Shown here: positions 24,250-36,700 of the stretch, in pieces | How positions within the stretch are numbered: the stretch's first letter is position 1 | How the letters are laid out: each line of letters starts with the position of its first letter | DNA from: Heptranchias perlo | Lineage: Eukaryota | Length of the DNA: 64,000 nucleotides | Direction of reading: 5' to 3' | NCBI RefSeq assembly: GCF_035084215.1 | Contig: NW_027139558.1 | Location: forward strand, 62,001-126,000 | Translations under genes and position numbers: made by a program | Notes under the pieces: model-generated | What the model was told of the DNA's origin: nothing | Databases searched by the model: none | What the model saw: the letters and a program-made list of their open reading frames with translations, nothing else

Positions 24250-24730
24250 ATGTGACAGGCGGCCATTGTTCCTCCTTTACCAAGATGGCCGCCGCTCAAG
24301 CGCCTCCCTCTCCTTCACCAAGATGGCGGTGGTGGGTTATTTTCAGCTGCGGGACGACTCCCTGATCAAGGTGGCGGCCGGTATCCCGGCGTGCTGAACG
24401 ATGGGGAGCGATCGGTCGCTGTTACACCCGCGCAATCGAATCGGCAGAGTCGCTGCATCGGGAACGGAGCGGGATGGAAGCGATCGTGGGGTAGATTGGG
24501 CGGGACTGGAGGTGTGAGATCGATGCGATCGAGGCGTGGATTGGGCGGACTGGAGGAGCGGGATCGATGCGATCGGGGGGTCGATTGGGCGGACTGGAGG
24601 AGCGGGGTTCATCGCGCGCCAAATTGATCGGTTGGAAGAAGCGGGAGCGGCGGAGCCCGAGGCCCGAGGCCCGATGGGGATCCAGGGATTGACAAACTGA
24701 TCGGCGATGTGGCGCCGGGAGCCGTGAGAG
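24250..24730. promoter_or_regulatory. CpG-rich promoter-like island (YY1, CCAAT and GC-box motifs)
   Basis: CAAGATGGCCGCC at 24281, CAAGATGGCGG at 24319, ATTGGGCGG at 24495, 24540 and 24584. Dense CpG. Confidence 0.45.
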
Positions 24731-24769
24731 AAAAACAGATAAAGAGTGACTTCGGTAATAGAGAGAGTG

Positions 24770-27140
24770 TGAAAGAGAGAGAGAGAGAGAGAGAGATAGG
24801 GGGATAGATAGATAGATAGATAGAGAGAGAGAGGGGGATAGAGAGAGAGAGAGATAGGGGGATAGAGAGAGAGAGAGAGAGATAGGGGGATAGAGAGAGA
24901 GAGAGATAGGGGGATAGAGAGAGAGAGAGAGATAGGGGGATAGAGAGAGAGAGAGAGATAGGGGGATAGAGAGAGAGAGAGATAGGGGGATAGAGAGAGA
25001 TAGGGGGATAGAGATAGGGAGAGAGAGAGAGATAGGGGGATAGAGAGAGAGAGAGAGAGATAGGGGGATAGAGAGAGAGAGAGATATAGGGGGATAGAGA
25101 GAGAGAGAGAGGGGGATAGAGAGAGAGAGATAGGGGGATAGAGAGAGAGAGATAGGGGGATAGAGAGAGAGAGATAGGGGGATAGAGAGAGATAGGGGGA
25201 TAGAGAGAGATAGGGGGATAGAGAGAGAGAGAGAGATAGGGGGATAGAGAGAGAGAGATAGGGGATAGAGAGAGAGAGAGAGAGGGGGATAGAGAGAGAG
25301 AGAGATAGGGGGATAGAGAGAGATAGGGGGATAGAGAGAGATAGGGGATGGGGATAGAGAGAGATAGGGGGATGGAGAGAGAGAGAGATAGGGGGATGGA
25401 GAGAGAGAGAGATAGGGGGATAGAGAGAGAGAGAGAGATAGGGGGATAGAGAGAGAGAGATAGGGGGATAGAGAGAGAGAGATAGGGGGATAGAGAGAGA
25501 GAGATAGGGGGATAGAGAGAGAGAGAGGGGGATAGAGAGAGAGAGAGAGGGGGATAGAGAGAGAGAGAGAGGGGGATAGAGAGACAGAGATAGGGGGATA
25601 GAGAGAGAGAGGGGGGATGGATAGAGAGAGAGAGATAGGGGGATAGAGAGAGAGAGATAGGGGGATAGAGAGAGAGAGATCGGGGGATAGAGAGAGAGAG
25701 ATCGGGGGATAGAGAGAGAGAGAGAGGGGGATAGAGAGAGAGAGATAGGGGGATAGAGAGAGAGAGATAGGGGGATAGAGAGAGAGAGAGATAGGGGGAT
25801 AGAGAGAGAGAGAGATAGGGGGATAGAGAGAGAGAGAGATAGGGGGATAGAGAGGGGGATAGAGAGAGAGAGATAGGGGGATAGAGAGAGAGATAGGGGG
25901 ATAGAGAGAGAGATAGGGGGATAGAGAGAGAGGGATAGGGGGACAGAGAGAGAGATAGGGGGATAGAGAGAGAGAGATAGGGGGATAGAGAGAGAGAGAT
26001 AGGGGGATAGAGAGAGAGAGATAGGGGGATAGAGAGAGAGAGATAGGGGATAGAGAGAGAGAGAGATAGGGGGATAGAGAGAGAGAGATCGGGGGATAGA
26101 GAGAGAGAGATAGGGGGATAGAGAGAGAGATAGGGGGATAGAGAGAGAGAGAGATAGGGGGATAGAGAGAGATAGGGGGATAGAGAGAGAGAGAGAGATA
26201 GGGGGATAGAGAGAGAGAGATAGGGGGATAGAGAGAGAGAGATAGGGGGATAGAGAGAGTGAGATAGGGGGATAGAGAGAGTGAGATAGGGGGATAGAGA
26301 GAGTGAGATANNNNNNNNNNNNNNNNNNNNNNNNNNNNNNNNNNNNNNNNNNNNNNNNNNNNNNNNNNNNNNNNNNNNNNNNNNNNNNNNNNNNNNNNNN
26401 NNNNNNNNNNNNNNNNNNNNNNNNNNNNNNNNNNNNNNNNNNNNNNNNNNNNNNNNNAGGGGGATAGAGAGAGAGATAGGGGGATAGAGAGAGAGAGAGA
26501 GATAGGGGGATAGAGAGAGAGAGAGAGATAGGGGGATAGAGAGAGAGAGAGAGATAGGGGGATAGAGAGAGAGAGAGAGATAGGGGGATAGAGAGAGAGA
26601 GATAGGGGGATAGAGAGAGAGAGATAGGGGGATAGAGAGAGAGAGAGATAGGGGGATAGAGAGAGAGAGAGATAGGGGGATAGAGAGAGAGAGAGATAGG
26701 GGATAGACGAGAGAGAGAGATAGGGGGATAGAGAGAGAGAGGGATAGGGGGATAGAGAGAGAGAGGATAGGGGGATAGAGAGAGAGAGGATAGGGGGATA
26801 GAGAGAGAGAGGGATAGGGGGATAGAGAGAGAGAGGGATAGGGGGATAGAGAGAGAGAGGGATAGGGGGAGAGAGAGAGAGAGATTGGGGGATAGAGAGA
26901 GAGAGAGATTGGGGGATAGAGAGAGAGAGAGATTGGGGATAGAGAGAGAGAGAGATGGGGGATAGAGAGAGAGAGAGATTGGGGGATAGAGAGAGGGGGA
27001 TAGAGAGAGGGGGATAGAGAGAGGGGGATAGAGAGAGGGGGATAGAGAGAGGGGGATAGAGAGAGGGGGATAGAGAGAGGGGGATAGAGAGAGGGGGATA
27101 GAGAGAGGGGGATGGAGAGAGAGGGGATAGAGAGAGAGAT
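24770..27140. repeat. (GA)n-TAGGGGGATA polypurine tract, containing gap 26311-26457
   Basis: Directly visible. Confidence 0.95.
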
Positions 27141-27199
27141 AGGGCGTCAGAGAGATCGGGGGAGACGGGGATGGAGGGACCCAGTCCTCAAGGTGCAGA

Positions 27200-27925
27200 T
27201 TGAATGAGGTTTGTTTTTTTTAATCTCAAAATTTACATTATTTCATAAAATTTAATGATACCCACAGTTCAATGTAAATACACAATTACAATTCAAACAA
27301 GACAATACAGATCGGACACAATTTAAAACACAGAGCATATTTCCGAATGCATTCTGTACGATACAGGGTGGGGTGGCCTCACACGGTGACCTCTCCCCGT
27401 GCAGCCTTTGCGTCGGCCGCACCTCGCCTCAGTGCGTCCCGCAGCACGGACTCCTGGACCTTGGAGTGTGCCCGTCGGCAACACTCGGTCATGGACAGCT
27501 CCTTCAGCTGGAAGACCAGCAGGTTTCGGACGGGCCAAAGGGCCTCCTTCACCGAGTTAATGGTCTTCCAGCCACAGGTGATATCTGTCTCGGTGTGCGT
27601 CCTGGGAACAGCCCGTAGAGCACGGCGTCCTGTGTTACCGAACTGTTGGGGATGAACCGGGACAGATACCAACACATCTCTCTCCACACCCTCTGTGCGA
27701 AGGGGCAGTCCATCAGGAGGTGGACGACGGTCTCCTCCCCGCCGGAGCCTCGAGGGAGCTCGGGGTGGTGCTGAGATTCTGTGCGTGTTGGAAGGACCGC
27801 ACTGGGAGGGTCCTTCTCACCACCATCCAGGCTCCATCCTGGTGTCTGTTGGTCAGTTCTGGTGATGAGACGTTCTGCCAAATGGATTCGACCGTCTGGT
27901 CAGGAAACTGCCCAATCGCATCATC
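27200..27925 (-). mobile_element. Tx1/L1-like LINE 3' end (zf-RVT-like)
   Basis: ETVVHLLMDCPFAQRVW..VLYGLFP..WKTINSVKEALW.VRNLLVF, then 3' UTR and polyA (polyT on +). Confidence 0.8.
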
Positions 27926-28099
27926 ATCACAGTGCTGTTTGTGGGATCTTGCTGTGCTCATATTGGCTGTTGCGTTTCCAACAACAGCGACGACACTTCA
28001 AAACTATTTCATTGGATGTCAAGCACTTTGGGACGTCATGATGTTCTGAAAGGTGCTGCAGAAATGCAAGTCTCTCTTTCCTTCAATTCACCCAGACGG

Positions 28100-28975
28100 C
28101 AATCTCCCTCTGTTGGTGTCTCTCTCTCTCTATCACTGTGCTCAGTCTCACCTTGATCAATCTCCCTCTGTTGGTGTCTCTCTCTCTCTATCACTGTTCT
28201 CAGTCTCACCTTTATCAATCTCCCTCTGTTGGTGTCCCTCTCTCTCTCCATCACTGCACTCAGTCTCACCTTTTTCAATCTCCCTCTGTTGGTGTGTGTC
28301 TCTCTCTCTGCACTCAGTCTTACCTTTATCAATCTCCCTCTGTTGGTGTCTCTCTCTCTCTCTCTCTCCATCACTGCACTCAGTCTCACCTTGATCAATC
28401 TCCCTCTGCTGGTGTCTTTCTCTGTCTCTCTCTCACTGCACTCAGTCTTACCTTTATCAATCTCACTCTGTTGGTGTCTCTCTCTCTCCATCACTGCACT
28501 CAGTCTCACCTTTATCAATCTCCCTCTGTTGGTGTCTCTCTCTCTCTCCATCACTGCACTCAGTCTCACCTTTATCAATCTCCCTCTGTTGGTGTCTCTC
28601 TCTCTCTCCATCACTGCACTCAGTCTCACCTTTATCAATCTCCCTCTGTTGGTGTGTGTCTCTCTCTCCATCACTGCACTCAGTCTCACCTTGATCAATC
28701 TCCCTCTGTTGGTGTGTGTGTCTCTCTCTCTCTCTGCACTCAGTCTAACCTTTATCAATCTCCCTCTGTTGGTGTCTCTCTCTCTCTCCATCACTGCACT
28801 CAGTCTCACCTTGATCAACCTCCCTCTGTTGGTGTCTCTCTCTCTCCATCACTACACTCAGTCTCACCTTTATCAATCTCCCTCTGTTGGTGTCTTTCTC
28901 TCTCTCTCTCTCACTGCACTCAGTCTTACCTTTATCAATCTCACTCTGTTGGTCTCTCTCTCTCTCTCTCTCTCC
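28100..28975. repeat. ~60-bp CT-containing minisatellite
   Basis: Same unit as 18770-19510. Confidence 0.9.
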
Positions 28976-29004
28976 CATGGGGGGGTCGGAGATCAATGAC
29001 ACAG

Positions 29005-29510
29005 ACAGTCCTGGGATCTCCTCTCCCTCCCGTCCCATTAACACACTGATCACCGACACCTGCAGTCCTGGGATCTCCTCCACCTCCCGTCCCATTAACA
29101 CACTGATCACCGACACCAACAGTCTGGATCTCCTCTACCTCCCGTCCCATTAACACACTGATCACCGACACTGACAGTCCTGGGATCTCCTCTTCCTCCC
29201 GTCCCATTAACACACTGATCACCGACACTGACAGTCCTGGGATCTCCTCTACCTCCCGCCCCATTAACACACTGATCACCGACACCTACATTCCTGGGAT
29301 CTCCTCTACCTCCCGCCCCATTAACACACTGATCACCGACACCTACATTCCTGGGATCTCCTCTACCTCCCGCCCCATTAACACACTGATCACCGACACC
29401 TACATTCCTGGGATCTCCTCTACCTCCCGCCCCATTAACACACTGATCACCGACACCTACAGTCCTGGGATCTCCTCGACCTCCCGTCCCATTAACACAC
29501 TGATCACCGA
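29005..29510. repeat. ~57-bp minisatellite (~9 copies) downstream of the GPCR stop
   Basis: Unit cagtcctgggatctcctctacctcccgtcccattaacacactgatcaccgacaccta. Confidence 0.9.
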
Positions 29511-29789
29511 TTGCTTGTATTTAGTTTATTTTATTAACATTTTATTTCTCCAATATGGTCAAACTTTTGGTGCGATCAGGAGCCACATATTATTTTACAA
29601 CTTGTCCTTTCATGAGATATAAACTTTGAGAAACTCTGTAAAATGAGTTGATAAATAGCCTCCGTTTATAAAGGTTTCAGTGATTGCAGAATAGACGGTG
29701 TTTCCAGCACCGCGGCCTGGTGGAGAGAGAATCAGACACCGTACGACACAGAACTGACTCTGCTCTTAGAAAGTCTTCAGATCCTCTCA

Positions 29790-30688
29790 TTATTTAATGA
29801 ATTTCACAATGACAGTAAAAGGATATTTCACCACATTCTTCAACTGCTCTCTGAATTTAGTCTGTGTCACGGCATAAATACAAGTGTTTGTGCAGCAACT
29901 CAAGAGCTGGAGCATGAACCCCATTTCTTGTATAACGTTAGGTAGAATTACAGACCTAAACCCCAACCACAACATCCGATTCCACATCGAATACACCATA
30001 AACAGGGCCCATAACAGGATAAAGTTCCCTGATATAACAAACAGTAAAATGATGGATTTCCTTCGGCTTTCCATCTCTGGGTCACTGGGGCTCTCCCCAC
30101 TGCTGTGGCCCCGGAGTCTCCTGCGGGCTCTGTTGGCCTCGAAAATGTGTCTGACGGTGAAAGCATTGAGCAGCAGAACCAGAATAAATGGGACACACGG
30201 GGTGAGGATATTATGGAGGAGTTCGAATACTCCCCATATCGGTGAAATCATAACACTGGGTGTTACAGCACAGAACCAGGGCTCATTGATTAGTGTATAC
30301 CAACGTGTAAACATAAAATACCAGGGAATACTCTTCAAACAGCTCAGCACAGTCACTGTTCCCAGAACCACAGAGGCCGTCCTCTCGGAGCAATATTTAG
30401 TTTTCAGCTTCTGGCAACAAATGGCCACAAATCGATCAAAGGTGAAAGAGACGGTGAACCAGACAGAACAGTCAGTGGCTGCGAAAAGTAGGACAGCGTG
30501 GATATTACACACGGGGATGGACCAGAGGAAGTAGAAATAAATGTAAAACACAATCGGAATCTGCCTGAGGATCAGATCGGTGATAACGACCAGTAGATCC
30601 CCCGCTGCCATGGCAACCAGGTAGAGAGTGACACATTTGGAGAGTCCGCACTTTCCCCGAGACAAGATCACAATCGTCAATAAGTTCA
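29790..30688 (-). CDS. GPR139/GPR142-like class A GPCR, exon 2 (end of TM1 to C-terminus)
   Basis: Uninterrupted ORF: NLLTIVIL (TM1), YLVAMAAGDLLV (TM2), FTFDRFVAIC (DRY variant), CVPF (TM5), CCTNTCIY (TM7), KFREQL (helix 8). Acceptor ttccttccag ends at 30689. Confidence 0.9.
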
Positions 30689-30727
30689 CTGGAAGGAAAG
30701 GAAAGAAGCAGAAAATTATACATTAGG

Positions 30728-33700
30728 CTGGATCCCCTGTAAATATTAGTACAATCTCTGGGTCACCTGCAAATATTAGTACAATCACTGGATCATCCCT
30801 CAATATTAGTACAATCTCTGGATCCCCTGTCAATATTAGTACAATCTCTCGATCCCCTGTAAAGATTAGTACAATCTCTGGATCCCCTGTCAATATTAGT
30901 ACAATCTCTCGATCCCCTGTAAAGATTAGTGCAATCACTGGATCACCTGTAAATATTAGTACAATCTCTGGATCCTCTGTAAATATTAGTACAATCACTG
31001 GGTCCCCTGTAAATATTCGTACAATCTCTGGATCCCCTGTAAATATTAGTGCAATCTCTGGATCCCCTGCAAATATTAGTACAATCTCTGGATCCCCTGT
31101 AAATATTAGTAAAATCTCTGGAACCCCTGTTGTATTCATACAATCTCTGGATCCCCTTTAAATATTAGTACAATCTCTGGATCCCCTCTAAATATAAGTA
31201 CAATCTCTGGATCCCCTGTAAATATTAGTACAATCTCTGGATCCCCTGTTGTATTAATAAAATCTCTGGATCCCCTGTAAATATGAGTACAATCTCTGAA
31301 TCCCATGTAAATATCAGTACAATCTCTGGATCCCATCTAAATATTTGTACAATCTCTGGATCCCCTGTTGTACTAATAAAATCGCTGGATCCCCTGTAAA
31401 TATTTGTACAATCTCTGGAACTCCTGTAAACATTAGTACAATCTCTGGATCCCCAGGAAATATTCGTACAATCTCTGGATCCCCTGTCAATATTAGTACA
31501 ATCTCTGGATCCCCTGTAAATATGAGTACAATCTCTGGATCCCCTGCTGTATCAATAAAATCTCTGGATCCCCTGTAAATATTAGTACAATCTCTGGATC
31601 CCCTATTGTATTAATAAAATCTCTGGATCCCCTGTTAATATTATTACAATCTCTGGCTCCCCTGTAATTATTAGTACAATCTCTGGATCCCCTGTAAATA
31701 TTCATACAATCTCTGGATCCTGTGTAAATATCAGTACAATCACTGGATGCCCTGTAAATATGAAGTCAATCTCTGGATCACCTGTTAATATTTGTACAAT
31801 CTCTGGATCAACTGTAAATATTGCTATAATCTCTGGATCCCCTGTAAATATTAGTACAATCACTGGAACTCTCTGTAAATATTAGTACAATCTCTGGCTC
31901 CCCTGTAAATATTAGTACAATCTCTGGATCCTCTGAAAATATTAATGCAATCTCTGGCTCCCATGTAAATATTGGTACAATCTCTGGATCCACTGTAAAT
32001 ATTATTACAATCTCTGGATCCCCTGTAAATATTGGCACAATCTCTGGATCCCCTGTAAATATTAGTACAATCTCTGGATCCGCTGTCAATATTAGTACAA
32101 TCTCTGGATTACCTGCAAATATTAGAACAATCTCTGGATCCCCTCTACATATCAGTACAATCACTGGACCTCTGTAAACATTAGTACAATCTCTGGATCC
32201 TCCTTAAATATTAGTACAATCTCTGGATCCCCTGGAAATATTAGTACAATCTCTGGATCCCCTGTTAATATTAGTACAATCTCAGGATCCTCTGTAAATA
32301 TTAGTACAATCTCTGGAACCCCTGTAAATATTAGCACAATCTCTGGATCCCCTGTTAATATTCGAAAAATCTCTGGATCCCCTGTAAATATTAGTCCAAT
32401 CTCTGGATCCCCTGTCAAAATTAGTATAAGCTCTGGATCCTCTGTAAATATTAGTATAATCTGTGGATCCTCTGTAAATATTAGTGCAATCTCTGGATCT
32501 CCTGGAAATATTAGTACAATCTCTGGATCCCCTGTAAATATTAGTACAATCTCTGGATCCCCTGTAAATATTTGTACAATCTCTGGATCCGCTGTAAACA
32601 TTAGTACAATCTCTGGATCCCCTGAAAATATCACAACAATCACCGGACCTCTCTGCAAATATTAGTGCATTCTCTGGATCCCCTGGAATATTAGTAGAAT
32701 CACTGGATACCCTGTAAATATTAATTCAATCTCTGGATCCCCTGTGAATATTAGTACAATCTCTGGATCCCCTGTAAATATTAGTACAATTTCTGGATCC
32801 ACTGTAAATATTAGTACAATCTCTGGAACTCCTGTAAATATTAGTACATTCTCTGGATCCCCTGTAAATATTAGTACAATCACTGGATCCCCTGTAAATA
32901 TTAGTACAATCTTTGGATCACTTGTAAAGATGAGTACAATCTCTGGATCACCTGTAAATATTAGTACAATCACTGGAACTCTCTGTAAATATTAGTACAA
33001 TGTCTGGATCCACTGTAAATATTCGTACAATCTCTGGATCTCCTGTAAATATTAGCACAATCTCTGGATCCCCTGTTAATATTAGTAAAATCTCTGGATC
33101 CCCTGTAAATATTAGTCCAATCTCTGGATCCCCTGTCATATTCGTACAATGTCTGGATCCTCTGTCAAAATTAGTATAAGCTCTGGATCCTCTGTATATA
33201 TTAGTATAATCTGTGGATCCTCTGTAAATATTAGTGCAATCTCTGGATCTCCTGGAAATATTAGTACAATCTCTGGATCCCCTGAAAATATTAATGCAAT
33301 CTCTGGCTCCCCTGTAAATATTAGTACAATCTCTGGATCCGCTGTAAATATTAGTACAATCTCTGGATCCCCTGTAAATATTAGTACAATCTCTGGATCC
33401 TCTGTAAATTTTAGTACAAACTCTGGATCCCCTGTAATATTCGTACAATCTCTGGATCCCCTGTCAAAATTAGTATAATCTCTGGATCCTATGTAAATAT
33501 TAGTGTAATCTCTGGATCCCCTGTAAATATTAGTGCAATCTCTGGATCTCCTGTAAATATTAGTACAATTTCTGGATCCCCTGTAAATATCAATAAAATC
33601 TCTGGATCCACTGTAAATATTAGTACAATCTCTGGATCACCTGTTAATATTTGTACAATCTCTGGATCAACTGTAAATATTGGTACAATCTCTGGATCCC

Positions 33701-36700
33701 CTGTAAATATCAATAAAATCTCTGGAGCCACTGTAAATATTGGTACAATCTCTGGATCCACTGTAAATATTAGTGCAATCTCTGGATCTTGAGTAAATAT
33801 TAGGACAATCACTGGAACTCTCTGTAAATATTAGTACAATCTCTGGATCCCCTGTCAAAATTGGTATAATCTCTGGATCCTCTGTAAATATTAGTACAAT
33901 CTCTGGATCCCCTGAAAATATTAATGCAATCTCTGGCTCCCCTTTAAGTATTGGTACAATCTCCGGATCCCCTGTAAATATTGGTACAATCTCTGGATCC
34001 CCTGTAAATATTAGTACAATCTCTGGATCCTCTGTAAATATTAGTACAATATCGGGATCCCCAGAAAATATTAATGCAATCTCTGGCTCCCCTGCAAATA
34101 TTACTACAATCTCTGGATCCCCTGTAAATATCAGTACAATCTCTGGATCCTCTTAAAATATTAATGCAATCTCTAGCTCCCATGTAAATATTGGTACAAT
34201 CTCTGGATCCACTGCAAATATTATTACAATCTCTGGATCCCCTGTAAATATTGGCACAATCGCTGGATCCCCTGTAAATATTAGTACAATCTCTGGATCC
34301 CCTGTAAATATTGGCACAATCTCTGGATCCCCTGCAAATATTAGTACAATCTCTGGATCCGCTGTCAATATTAGTACAATCTCTGGATTACCTGCAAATA
34401 TTAGTACAATCTCTGGATCCCCTCTAAATATCAGTACAATCACTGGACCTCTTAAAATATTAATGCAATCTCTGGATCCTCCTTAAATATTAGTACAATC
34501 TCTGGATCCCCTGGAAATATTAGTACAATCTCTGGATCCCCTGTTAATATTAGTACAATCTCTGGATCCTCTGTAAATATCAGTACAATCTCTGGAACCC
34601 CTGTAAATATTAGCACAATCTCTGGATCCCCTGTTAATATTTGTAAAATCTCTGGATCCCCTGTAAATATTAGTCCAATCTCTGGATCCCCTGTAATATT
34701 CGTACAATGTCTGGATCCCCTGTCAAAATTAGTATAAGCTCTGGATCCTCTGTAAATATTAGTATAATCTGTGGATCCTCTGTAAATATTAGTGCAATCT
34801 CTGGATCTCCTGGAAATATTGGTACAATCTCTGGATCCTCTGTAAATATTAGTACAATCTCTGGATCCCCTGAAAATATTACTGCAATCTCTGGCTTCCC
34901 TGTAAATATTGGTACAATCTCTGGATCCTCTGTAAATATTAGTGTAATCTCTGGATCCCCTGTCATAATTAGTACAATCTCTAGATCCTCTGTGAATATT
35001 AGTATAATCTCTGGATCCCCTGTCAATATTAGTACAATCTCTAGATCCTCTGTAAATATTAGTACAATCTCTGGATCCCCTGTCAATATTAGTAGAATCT
35101 CTGGATCCCCTGTAATTATTAGTACAATCTCTGGATCCCCTGTAAATATTAGTACAATCTCTGGATCCCCTGAAAATATTAATGCAATCTCTGGATCCCC
35201 TGTAAATATTAGTACAATCTCTGGATCCCCTGTAAATATTAGTACAATCTCTGGATCCCCTGTGAACGTTAATACAATCTCTGGATCCCCTGTTAATATT
35301 AGTACAATCTCTGGATCCTCTGTAAATATTAGTACAATCTCTGGATCCTCTGTAAATATTAGTGCAATCTCTGGATCCCCTGTAATATTCGTACAATCTC
35401 TGGATCCCCTGTCAAAATAAGTATAATCTCTGGATCCTCTTTAAATATTAGTATAATCTCTGGATCCACTGTAATTATAAGTGCAATCTCTGGATCTCCT
35501 GTAAATATTAGTACAATCTCTGGATCCTCTGTAAATATTGGTACAATCTCTGGATCGCCTGAAAATTTTTATGCAATCTCTGGCTCCCCTCTAAATATTA
35601 GTACAATCTCTGGATCCCCTGCCAATATTAGAACAATCTCTGCATCCTCTGTAAATATTTGTACAATCTCTGGATCCCCTGTCAATATTAGTACAATCTC
35701 TGGAACCCCAGTAAATATTAATACAATCTCTGGAACTCTCGGTAAATATTAGTACAATCACTAGATCCCCTGTAAATATTAATGCAATCTCTGGATCCCC
35801 TGTAAATATTAGTACAATCTCTGGATCCTCTGTAAATATTCGTACAATCTCTGGATCCCCTGTCAATATTAGTACAATCTCTGGAACCCCAGTAAATATT
35901 AATACAATCTCTGGAACTCTCTGTAAATATTAGTACAATCACTAGATCCCCTGTAAATATTAATACAATCTCTGGATCACCTGTTAATATTAGTACAATC
36001 TCTGGATCCCCTGTAAATATTCGTACAATCTCTGGCTCCCCTGTAAATATTAGTACAATCTCTGGATCCCCTCTAAATATCAGTACAATCACTGGACCTC
36101 TCTGTAAATATTTGTACAATCTCTGGGTCACCTCTAAAAATTAGTACAATCTCTGGATCCCCTGTATTTATTCGTACAATCTCTGGATCTCCTGTAAATA
36201 TTAGTACAATCTCGGGATTCCCTGTCAATATTAGTACAATCTCTGGGTCACCTTTAAATATTAGTGCAATCTCTGGATCCCCTGTAAATATTAGTACAAT
36301 CTCTGAATCAGCTATTACTATTCGTACAATCTCTGTAACCCCTGTCAATATTAGTACAATCTCTGGATCCCCTGTAAATGTTAGAAGAATCTCAACATCA
36401 CCGGTTAATATCTGTACAATCTCTGGATCCCCTGTAAATATTAGTACATTCTCTGGATCCCCTGTAAATATTAGTACAATCTCTGGATCCACTGTAAATA
36501 TTAGTACAATCTCTGGATCCCTATTAATATTAGTACAATCTCTGGATCCCCTGTAAATATTAGTACATTCTCTGGATCCCTATTAATATTAGTACAATCT
36601 CTGGATCCACTGTAAATATTAGTACAATCTCTGGATCCCCTGTAAATATTAGTACATTCTCTGGATCCCTATTAATATTAGTACAATCACTGCATCCCCT

